From: Phyllosticta citribraziliensis
Lineage: Eukaryota
Direction: 5' to 3'
DNA: 64,000 nucleotides
NCBI RefSeq assembly: GCF_038025025.1
Contig: NW_027117339.1
Coordinates: 372,001 to 436,000, forward strand
Below the pieces are notes generated by a model. It worked only from the letters and a program-made list of their open reading frames with translations, ran no database searches and was not told the origin of the DNA. The position numbers and the translations under genes are program-made. This document shows, one piece after another, positions 37,050 to 46,399 of this stretch (position 1 is the first letter of the stretch; the number at the start of each line of letters is the position of its first letter).

Positions 37050-39272
37050 TTACGCCACCGACATGGCCCTGGCAAAACCCCACGGCATTGTCTTGCAGCG
37101 CGGTGTCGGCGTTGTCTTCTCGCTGGTCAAAGGGTTTGAATGCTTGGGCATGCCCAAGCTCAGCGCACGCAAACGCGCGCGCAGCGACGAAGTACTAGTA
37201 GTCGAAGCTGCAGAGCTGACGCGGACGATGCCGCGGCTTGGAGCGTCGACGACCGACGATGTCCCCGCAAGCGAGGACAAGGCGAAGAAGACGAGGCTTG
37301 TCAGCGCGGAGGTGACGGCCGAGAGAAGGAAGATGGCGGCGAAGACGACGACGGAGAGTAAAACCGTCGACACGGTAGAGTAGGCTAGGGCCGAGCGAAG
37401 GCTGCCGCCGGCGCTGGCGCTGCTGCGCTGGCTCTGGCTCTGGAGCTGCAGCTCGAGCTCAGTGGTTGGCAGCTGTGCCGCAGTCTCGTTGACGTCTCCC
37501 GTTGAGAGAGACGCGGAGAACGGGGTCGATGATGATGGTACTACCGGAGACGCGAGGACCGGTGGAGGTTGCGTGGTGTTCTGCGCCGCTGCTCCCGTGT
37601 GGGGTAGGACGTTGCGTCCTAGATCACGGTCGCCGCGGACAGTCGAGTTGCAGATTCTTCGGAGTCGGCTGGCGCTTGCTCTGAGGCTGTCGCTGTCGCT
37701 GTTTTCGCTGTTTTGGCTGCTGGCGGTACCGCCGGCGGCGCAGCGAGCGGACCTCGTTGGAGTTGGTGAGGGTACGTAACACACCAGCCCCGTTGCCGGG
37801 GCAGAGGAAGAAGAGGTGTTGTTGTTGGCGAGTACCGTTGGAGAATTGCCGTTCGAGGAATGGGTAGACGCAGGAGTGTTGGCCACAGAGGCCGCGGCGC
37901 GTGCCGTTCCTACGCCCTCGCAAGAATGGCCGAGTACCGGGTCGCTCACGGTGAGCAGTGGTTGCGCTCCCGGGCGTGGGAGCGGGCGTTGGCTTGATGC
38001 CGACGACGACGACGACGACGACATGGCGGCCGCCGTTGGGCGTCTGCCCCGTGAGGGCTCGGGCTGGACGACGTTCTGTAGCGTCGCGTCGTTTCCTCTA
38101 CTGCCGCCACTGCTGCCGCTGGGTAGCGTGTCAACCATTGGCACGGGAGCGTGGCCATGTAGACTGCCGCCGCTCAGGTCCATATTCACGCCAACTCCAA
38201 CCAGGTCCATGTCCCAATTTTGCGACGACTGGATCATCTGGGCCGGGGCGATGCTGGCATTGGTGGGAGCCATGGCGCGGCCAGGGGACGAGTAGGCCGA
38301 CGCGGATGCGGACGAGTTGGAGCCAAACGACGGGGCGTAAGACTGGTGGAGAGCAAACGAGTGCGTCGGTTGTTGCGGCTCAGCGTACGTGTAGGGGAAG
38401 GTGTTGTTCTGCGGAGCCATCGTCGTAGCCGTCGAGAAGAGCGGGTCGGGTGAAAAGGCCAGGGAGAACTCGTCGTCCTCGGGCAGCAGCAAAAAGTCCT
38501 CAAACCCTTCGATGCCGGCCGGTGGTGGGGGACCAAAGTCGGTAAAGTTGAGGGGACTCTCCATGACAGAGCCCATCAAGCTGGGCTCTCCCCACACCGA
38601 GGACCCGTCGAGCTGAAAAGAGGATTCAGAAGGCGTGTTGTGTTGCGGAGCTTTGGAGCGCTTTTTGACTTTGGACGTGACGCGGGACGAGGCGGCGGCC
38701 GTGTCGTGGTTGCATTTCCTCTTGCGGCTGCGGCAGTCCTGGCATGCCCTCATCTGCCTCCTCTTGCGGTAATCCTCCTTCTCCTTGGTCGTCATGGACC
38801 GGCGGTGGTGGATCTTGGGCGGGGCATCTCCAGAGGCAGTCCACACACTGGTCATTTGCTTGAGCGACAGCGTCTCGGGGCTGGACTCGGCGCTCGACGG
38901 GGCGGCCGACGACGAGAACGACTCGTCGCCAGAGTAGGACGTCGATGGATTGCGAACGGATGGAGGATTGAAAGGGGAAGCATCGTCCTGGGGGCTAAAG
39001 GCGTCGACTGGCGCGGCGGCTCCGGTGCCGTGGACAAAGGCAGTAATCTCTTGCTCAATGGCTTGTCGCTCGTCCATCAAAAAGTCGAGGACGGCTTGCT
39101 TCTTGCGTTCCGTATGTGTCTTGACGGCCGGGTAGGCTTCTCTGAGGGCATCAAACAACTCGTCCGACTCGAGGGCCGGCTCGAAGACGAGCTTGGTAAA
39201 GGGATCATGTGAGGCGTCGCCGCGCGACGCACTCGAGGCACGGGAGATGCGGAAGTTCTTGACGGCGGCCAT
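37050..39272 (-). CDS. Putative transcription factor with truncated zinc cluster (C-X2-C-X6-C-X-H) and C-terminal hydrophobic/transmembrane segment
   Basis: Intronless ORF of about 740 aa from ATG 39272 (MAAVKNFR). It has the basic region plus RACQDCRSRKRKCNH, an acidic/Phe-rich stretch, and the hydrophobic tail TVLLSVVVFAAIFLLSAVTSALTSLVFFALSSLA. Confidence 0.8.
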   Translation of the reverse strand: MAAVKNFRISRASSASRGDASHDPFTKLVFEPALESDELFDALREAYPAVKTHTERKKQAVLDFLMDERQAIEQEITAFVHGTGAAAPVDAFSPQDDASPFNPPSVRNPSTSYSGDESFSSSAAPSSAESSPETLSLKQMTSVWTASGDAPPKIHHRRSMTTKEKEDYRKRRQMRACQDCRSRKRKCNHDTAAASSRVTSKVKKRSKAPQHNTPSESSFQLDGSSVWGEPSLMGSVMESPLNFTDFGPPPPAGIEGFEDFLLLPEDDEFSLAFSPDPLFSTATTMAPQNNTFPYTYAEPQQPTHSFALHQSYAPSFGSNSSASASAYSSPGRAMAPTNASIAPAQMIQSSQNWDMDLVGVGVNMDLSGGSLHGHAPVPMVDTLPSGSSGGSRGNDATLQNVVQPEPSRGRRPTAAAMSSSSSSSASSQRPLPRPGAQPLLTVSDPVLGHSCEGVGTARAAASVANTPASTHSSNGNSPTVLANNNTSSSSAPATGLVCYVPSPTPTRSARCAAGGTASSQNSENSDSDSLRASASRLRRICNSTVRGDRDLGRNVLPHTGAAAQNTTQPPPVLASPVVPSSSTPFSASLSTGDVNETAAQLPTTELELQLQSQSQRSSASAGGSLRSALAYSTVSTVLLSVVVFAAIFLLSAVTSALTSLVFFALSSLAGTSSVVDAPSRGIVRVSSAASTTSTSSLRARLRALSLGMPKHSNPLTSEKTTPTPRCKTMPWGFARAMSVA

Positions 39273-40361
39273 TTGGAAGGATTGGAGGCGCGGGGTGGTT
39301 AATGGGTGTCCAGATGGGGTATCCACGGTGTGATATGGCAACGGGCGTCAAAGAGACAGTTCAAGCAGAGGATAGAGGTTGTAGTCAACCCAGCTCTATT
39401 GGCAGAGGGCACAGCTACCAAAAAGCTGGTCCAAGAGAGGTGGAGGGAGGGGAAGGGAGCGAGGGAGCGTGAGAGAGTATGGCCTGGGGCGCGGAGAATT
39501 GGATCTATTATCGCTGGTCAGTAGGAACACATGCGGTTGAGCGACACCGAGTGACCGAGAGAGCCGGTGTCAGGTTTGATCTCACGAGGCTGACTGCGGT
39601 GTTCGCGGTGTCCTTAATAGGCATAGCGCGCTTTGCGGCTCGAGGCTTGGTGACTCAGGCTCAGCACCTATAAACACAGTTTGCTGCCACTCCGGACTGT
39701 TCCAAGCCATTCAACTTCTTGTAGATGCTGAATGCATTGGTATCAAAAACGTGCCTAAGCTAGCGCTCGACTCCTCATGTGTTTTCCTAATTTTCTGCTG
39801 CGTGGACAGACTGGAGGAAGCAAGGGACGACGAGGCCTCGCATGGATAGGCGACCGCAAACCTGGGGGCCGTGTGGCTTGGCCGCGCAAAGCCCTACTGT
39901 ACCGTTGACTCAACGCCTGGTGCATGACTTCATCCTGTACTCACAGCAGCCTGGCAGCCATTGTTGGCCGCTCCACATCACCTCACACGCCATGAGTAGC
40001 AACGGGCGCACATTTCAAGCTTCTCCATTCCCCTATCCGCATAAAGAAAAAGAAAAAAGCTTTTGTTTTCTCCACAGTCCGCCGCGCTAGACGTCCCGTC
40101 ATCCCAATTGAGAGATACAGCAAAAGGAAATAAAAAAGCGCAGCTGCCGCCCCTGGGAAGAAGAGCCCCCTCAATCATCCAATCCAGAGTCGTCGTAAAG
40201 GGCTTTTCGTCATTGACCCCCGGGTCTTGGTGGTTTGGATCGTCGTCGTGGTGTTACACGTGGCCTCGGTTCTCAACAAAAAGAAGCCTCCATCAATTGT
40301 CTAGTCTGCCGCAGCAAATCGGTTTGCCAAAAACCACCCGGTTCTTCAGCATGCGAGACGT

Positions 40362-41782
40362 TTACTGGTTCTCGGGGCGGAGACCACTGCATTCTTGTTA
40401 GCTGCTGTGGCGGTTGTAGTGGCGAGTAAACTTACCGGACGGACTTGCCAGCCCTCCAGATCTCGAGCTCGCGGATCTCCTGCATCTCCTTCTCGTACAG
40501 CTCGCGGTAGTCGGGGCGGCTGTTGTACTCGAGGGACCTCTTGGTCTCGGAGCCGTCGGCAACCGAGTCGTACAGGTCGTTGAAGACGGGCTTGAGAGCG
40601 TCCTGGAACCTCTTGCTCCAGTCGAGGGCACCACGGCGGGCAGTGGTGGAGCAGGCCGCGTACATGTAGTCCATGCCGTTGGCACCGATCAGGGGGTACA
40701 GGGACTGGGTAGCCTCCTCAACCGTCTCGTTGAAGGCCTCGCTGGGGCTGTGGCCGCGCTCACGGAGGACCTCGTACTGGGCGAGGAACATGCCGTGGAT
40801 ACCGCCCATCAGGCAGCCACGCTCACCGTATAGGTCAGAGTAGACCTCCTTCTCAAAGGTAGTCTTGTAGAGGTAGCCGGAGCCGACGGCAACACCGAGA
40901 GCAATGGCCTTCTCCTCGGCCTTGCCGGTGACGTCCTGGTAGACGGCAACGGACGAGTTGATACCGCGGCCCTCCTTGAAGAGGGAGCGGACGGTGCGGC
41001 CAGAGCCCTTGGGGGCAACGAGGATGACATCAACGTCCTTGGGGACATCGACCTTGGTCAGGTCCTTGAAGACGGGGGAGAAACCGTGGGAGAAGTAGAG
41101 AGTCTATCAAATCTTAGCATCCCCAACACATTTCTTGAATGACTCTAGCTTACCTTGCCCTTGGTGAGCTGGGGCTTGATGTGAGGCCAGGTCTCGGACT
41201 GGGCGGCGTCGGAGAGGAGGTTCATGACAATGGTGCCCTTGGAGATGGCCTCGTCGACCTCAAAGAGGTTCTTGCCGGGGACCCAGCCATCCTGAAGGGC
41301 CTCCTCCCACGACTTGCCGTTCTTCCGGACACCAATGATGACGTTGAGGCCGTTGTCACGGAGGTTGAGGCCCTGGCCGTGGCCCTGGGAGCCATAGCCG
41401 ATGAGGGCAAGAGTGTCGTTCTTGAAGTAGTCCTAGACAATTGTTAGTTTCTTGTCAACACTTGCACAACAATTGGTGACTCACAAGGAGCTTCTCGCGC
41501 GGCCAGTCATCACGCTCTGCGGGCGGCGTCAGTTTAGCTGCCCGGCGGGTTTTGAGAGTGGGTGCAAATACCGTAGACGTCCTCCTTGACGCCGGCAAAG
41601 TCAATGGTCTTCACACCGCGGACCTGCTGCTTGGGGAGGGTGACAGCAGCCCTGGGAGCAGCCGCAACGGCGCCCTTGGTCGCAGCGTTGAGAGCCGAAA
41701 CAAAAGTGCGGCGCTGGACGGCGGGAGCGGCCAATTGCTTGGCGGAGGCGCGGAGAGCGCGGCTGGCGGTGCGGGAGGCCAT
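40362..41782 (-). CDS. ilv5: Ketol-acid reductoisomerase, mitochondrial precursor. Introns 41517-41571, 41433-41484, 41104-41153, 40387-40435
   Basis: An Arg/Ala-rich presequence is followed by VKTIDFAG..ERDDWPREKLL|DYFKNDTLALIGYGSQGHGQGLNLRDNG, then GHSPSEAFNETVEEATQSLYPLIG and the C-terminus RGLRPENQ*. Confidence 0.98.
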
Positions 41783-41904
41783 TGTGATGATGGACAAGTG
41801 AATGGAGGATGGGAGAGGAATGAGTTGTGGTGGTGATGGTGAGCAATAAACGGAACTTCTGGGGTTCTGGTGCCCAGAATTCTTCGGCGTGGCGCGTTCG
41901 GGGT

Positions 41905-41988
41905 CCTCCGATGTCGGAGCCCGATTCCCCATCACGTGTGGCCAATCTCTCGTGCTGCATTTCAGACTGGCCGGCGGCCAATGACTCA
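41905..41988. promoter_or_regulatory. ilv5 promoter elements: Leu3/LeuB-type CCG-N4-CGG (41908-41917), TCACGTG (41932-41938), CCAAT boxes, Gcn4/CpcA site TGACTCA (41982-41988)
   Basis: Exact motif matches about 125-205 bp upstream of the ilv5 ATG. Leu3 and Gcn4 are the known regulators of branched-chain amino-acid genes. Confidence 0.7.
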
Positions 41989-42356
41989 GTCCATGATTGA
42001 TATGTACCGGCGACCTTCGCTTTGCGAAGCTGAGGGCTTGTTGAGTAGTGATGTGCATATACTATTTGTCCCGGGGACTTGTTCCTCCCAACTTCCGGCA
42101 TCCTACATCGCACCGCGCAAACAAATAGTGGAGCAAAGCAAAAAGACCCGATGGAGGCACCTCTAGATCTGCTGCCCTCTGGTGTATTACGTGCATGTCG
42201 CTCTATCGAAACCATGACCCATTGATGGAAATAAAATGAGGCTGCCCGCGCAGCTCAAAGCCAAAGAAGCCCAGCAGCCCCAGCACCGTGTACGCCTTGT
42301 CCCGCAATGCTCGCTCTCATGTCGCATGTTGGCCTTTACGGCGCGCTCGTCTCCTC

Positions 42357-43031
42357 TTAGGTCTGCTTCATCAGGACGCGGTCGAAGGTGGTGCCTTTGA
42401 CGTGTCCGCCGGTCATGGCCAGCTTCACGTTGCGCTTGAAGCCTTCGCGGTTGGTCTTGAGGTCCTCTGCCGCCTCCTTGTTCAACGGATCCGACGCGTT
42501 GGGCTCGAGGAAGAGGAACTAGGTAGTCGCGTCAGCATGCGCCGGTACGTGTTGTCGTGGTAGTGACCCACCTGCAGTCCGACAATCACCGCGTTCAAGT
42601 TCAACACCGGCTTCCAGTCTTCTCTCAGAATGTTCAGGCAGACGTTGCCTTCCAGGTCGATGTTGGGGTGGTAGATTTTCTGCGTGCACTTGACTTTTGG
42701 CGGGTCGTGGGGAAAGTTCTGGTTGATCGCAAAGCTAAAGTGGAATCGGCCGCCCTTGTACATGCCCTCGTCGGGCTCGATTGTGAGGATGAAGTTGAGG
42801 ATGTCGTCGGGGTTGGGGAAATCAGTCTTCATGGTAGACCCTAATGAGAGCTCAGACAAGTCTGCAGTGGTTGTCAGTCCAGGGTCCGCATTCGGAGTGT
42901 GCGCATTCAACGGGGTGGGGTGTACCCTTCTGGACGCGCAGCTGCGCTGCCGTGACCTTCTTCTTCTTTTGTCCCGCAGCAGCATTGTCCTCCTGCTGCT
43001 GCTTCTGCTTCATAGACCATATCTTGAGCAT
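42357..43031 (-). CDS. ubc12: NEDD8-conjugating E2 enzyme Ubc12. Introns 42862-42925, 42519-42571
   Basis: [73 protein letters not shown]. Confidence 0.97.
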
Positions 43032-43482
43032 GATGGCGAATGTTGGCGCAGTCGGCGACGGCGGCGGCGGCGGCGGCGGCGAGCGATGACGGTGTTGGGG
43101 AGAGGTGCGGGGTTGAGGACAGGAGTGAAGATGGCGGCGCGAGGAAGGCCTCGAGCGAAGAGCGCGCTGTTCCAAGGCACGACGGCGGACGAGCAAGAGG
43201 ATGGGTGAATGTCGAAGTTGGCGATGAGTCGTGTGCCTGAATGCTTCACGTCTACCCGTCGGGCTTTCCGAGAGCCCCGCCAAGCCGAGCGTCACAGCAG
43301 CGCAGAGGTCAAACCAAACGTCTCACCAATCACCCAAGACTCTGTTCCTGAACAGCGTCTCGCCGTCTCAACGATTGGAATCACAAGAGGCTTTCGCGTC
43401 AGCAATCCACGTGTTGACGGGATCGCAATGTTTACACTCGTGGAGGCAGGCTGATTCAGCCAGCCATGGTATCATCTACCAA

Positions 43483-44777
43483 CTACCAGGGCAGCGGGCC
43501 CTCGAATAGAACGGTGCCATCTTTCCCGCCGTCATACGCCAAAAGCGCCTTGACATGATCCTCCAATCCTTGACCCAATTCGAGCAGCGCCGACTGCTGC
43601 CATCCTCTAGCCATTCGCTTGTCCATGAGCGGTGTATGCATGCCGTAGAGGTCTTGGATCCATGCAGAAAGACCCCGCTTGCTCTCTCCGTCTACATTCT
43701 GCGCGTGGTCGACGGCTAGCAAATGGCATCCGTCAGGTGGTTTGCTCGAGGCTGTAGAGGCAGGTTTCTGTCTTACCACGGCTCACGGGGTCGATGCCCT
43801 GTACATGTATGCGATCGCTAGGCCAGCGGATCGCCTTTGCGTGCAGGTCCTTGAGGAGTTCACGAGGTTAGAAAGCGTTGCATCACGAACCCTGCGTAGG
43901 GCTTGACTAGAGGACGGCGAGGGCCCGCCTCGTGTTTCTGGGGCTGACCCAAGGCTCATTTCCGCGTGCCTCGTATCGTGCTGACCGCCCTCACCGCACA
44001 TCTCAGACAATTCAGGCGACCAGAGCCACCATGTTGGGGCAATGGATGGCGGTTGACGCCCAGACTGTTTGATCGAGTGCGATGACTTGGGAGGGAGCAG
44101 GGTGAAACACAGGAGATGTGAGGTGATCAAGGGAGAAAATCATTCAGCTTTGCAGTCGACGGGTATGCGACGTATCGTCCCGAAGAAATGACAATGGATG
44201 TGATGTGTAGCATCCAAGTGGCGTCGATCCACTCGAGATGCACCGCCACAGCATCAATTCAACAACATGGACTTACCAAAAATCGCCTTGTCTTAAAGGC
44301 ATGGGTAATGACCCTGACGGAGCGCGGGTATCGGCCGAAATGACGTCGAAACTTGAGGATGGAGAAGAGCAGGTTCTGGTAACTGTCGGTGGCGGCGTCC
44401 TCGACGAGGGTTCGCGAATTCAAGCATTCGGCGAAAGGATGTCCCTGGCCAAATTGCTGGGTCAAGGCGAGTGCGGCGTTGAAGTAGCTTTGAGCTTCGG
44501 TCAAGCCGGTGACGTCTAGCGCCGTGGCTGCGCCGGAGAAGACCAGCACGCCGGAGCGGGAGAGGGAGCCGTAGGCCAAGGCATTCAAGCCGGCGTGAAT
44601 GTGCAGCAAAAAGGTCTCGTGCTCGGCCGGGACGGAGCCGGTCGACTTTTGAAAGGGCTGGAGATGCCACTGGAGGGGCGAGTAGACGTCGCATTCGGGA
44701 GAGAGAGGGTTGCCGAGGAAGATGGCGTGGCAGGCAACAATGACGAGATCAGCAAAGCCGTCGGCGGACGAGGCCAT
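43483..44777 (-). CDS. DUF218-like (yeast YOR238W-like) conserved fungal protein. Introns 43850-44276 (427 nt) and 43716-43776
   Basis: LVIVACHAIF..VLVFSG..EAQSY..ATDSYQNLLFSI..ITHAFKTRRFL|DLHAKAIRWP..QGIDP..|..GESKRG..DLYG..KR..RGW matches the family pattern as I recall it, in frame across both introns. Confidence 0.85.
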
Positions 44778-45108
44778 GGTGGAGGACGGATTTCTTTGTG
44801 TAGGCGGGAGAAGTGTCCGAGGCCTTGACCAAATAGGCGGCGCTGACGAGGCCAAGGATGAGCCCTACGGAGGGCTTTGGGGGATCAGCACGCAGATAAC
44901 GCGCTACGGCCAGCGCTAGAAGGGCGATAAATTGATGTATAGGTGGATTTGGCGTCGTGGTTAGCGAGGGTCTAAGCAGGCGCGTGAAATGGAGGTGGAT
45001 AGGGAGCAATGCAAGGCTTCTATACATGCACGGCATGGCAAAAGGTCGGGGACTTGGCCGTGGTGTTCAGGTCGTCAGGAAAGAAATGAACCAAAGCACA
45101 CCTCAGCG

Positions 45109-45140
45109 ACCCTGACCCTGACCCTGACCCTGACCCTGAC
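45109..45140. repeat. (ACCCTG)5 hexamer microsatellite
   Basis: Read directly from the sequence. Confidence 0.9.
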
Positions 45141-45963
45141 GCTGCACGCTCCACTTGTTACGAAGGTCGACGGGCCGGCGTCTATGTAAAATGAAATGGC
45201 AGATGCACGGCCTATTGATGCATGACGTGTTCCCGCAACCATGAGCTGCATCTGCTCCCACATGGCGATGCAGACCAATGGCAACGATGAAAGTAGGCAG
45301 AGACGAAACAGGCTTGGACGCAAGAGGATAGTTGGAGTGGCGGAAGGGGCTAGGAGGAGGAGGAGGAGGTGGAGGGGAGTGGTAGAAGACTGCGGGCGCT
45401 TGGATTCGATGGCGTTGACGATAGGCGGGCCGGGCGGCAGGTCAGCCAGTAGCGTTGCGCAGCCAGCCACCGCCCTCCGACACAGGCCAGCCAGTCTCGT
45501 ACAGTGTTGCACGGCACACACACGGCGAGACGGCCGGGGGTTTGCACGAGCGAGAGGACGGAAGCTGACGGAGGGTGCGACGGTGATGGTGATGCTGTGC
45601 CAGTGCAGTGAGAGAGATGGACGGTAATAGTTCTTGAGTGAGGCACAGCAACATGGAAAAAGCTTGCGCTGCTGGCAGGGCTTCCTGGGCGCACAGCCAC
45701 CGACCGGAGCATGGACAAGGACCAGGACCAGGGAGCAAAAAGGGGAGCGCGGGGGCCTGTGAGTGGTCGGCGGCCCGCCCGTGAGCCCGTTTCCGTTTCC
45801 AGAAGACCGTCAAAGAACGGAAGGAGCGAGAGCGAGAGACAGAGAGCGCTGAGCCGGAGCGACAGACCCCATGGCCAACTACTGGGTGCCACTATTTTTA
45901 GGCCCCCGCGCCCTCGACGGCCATGGCGACGAGAAAAAGAAGAGCCTGCCTCTCGCTCTCCCG

Positions 45964-46004
45964 CTGCCACTGCCACTGCCACTGCCACTGCCTCTGCCTC
46001 TGCC
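45964..46004. repeat. (CTGCCW)n hexamer microsatellite upstream of chitin synthase
   Basis: CTGCCA x4 followed by CTGCCT repeats, read directly. Confidence 0.9.
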
Positions 46005-46399
46005 TGCTGGCTCAGCTCGACCTGACCCTGCGACAAAGCCCTTCCTTGGACCCCTCCTTCTGCTCTCTTCTTCCTCCGTCACCTCCCGTCCTCTACCTTA
46101 CCCTCCACCTGTTTTCCTCTCTCGGCCAGGAAGCGCTGCCGCAGCGACTTGAAACATTCCCGTCCCTCCCTCCAACCACCCACCCCCCTCCCCCCAGTCG
46201 CAGGCCAAGACTTCTTTTGGCCCTACCTCCTTTACTCCACATCCTGATCGACCCTTGAGTCGCTCCGGCCAGCTCCTCTCCTAATCCCGTCCCTCCCCTT
46301 AAATATCTCGCTCCAGCAATCGCCCTGCCCATCGCCCTTTCAACGATCAGCCCTGGCGTTCGTTTGCTAAGCCGAAAAGAAAAAAAAAGCATTTGAGCC

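Noticed and set aside
43850..44276. TPP riboswitch, C/D snoRNA or [D1,2] stwintron as the explanation of the long intron
   Set aside because: A CTGAGA is present, but the rest of the TPP core is not. There is no RTGATGA box C. Shifting the donor by one base leaves no AG that keeps the frame.
45109..45140. (TCAGGG)5 as an interstitial telomere relic
   Set aside because: It is not TTAGGG and is only five units, in a region rich in other hexamer microsatellites.
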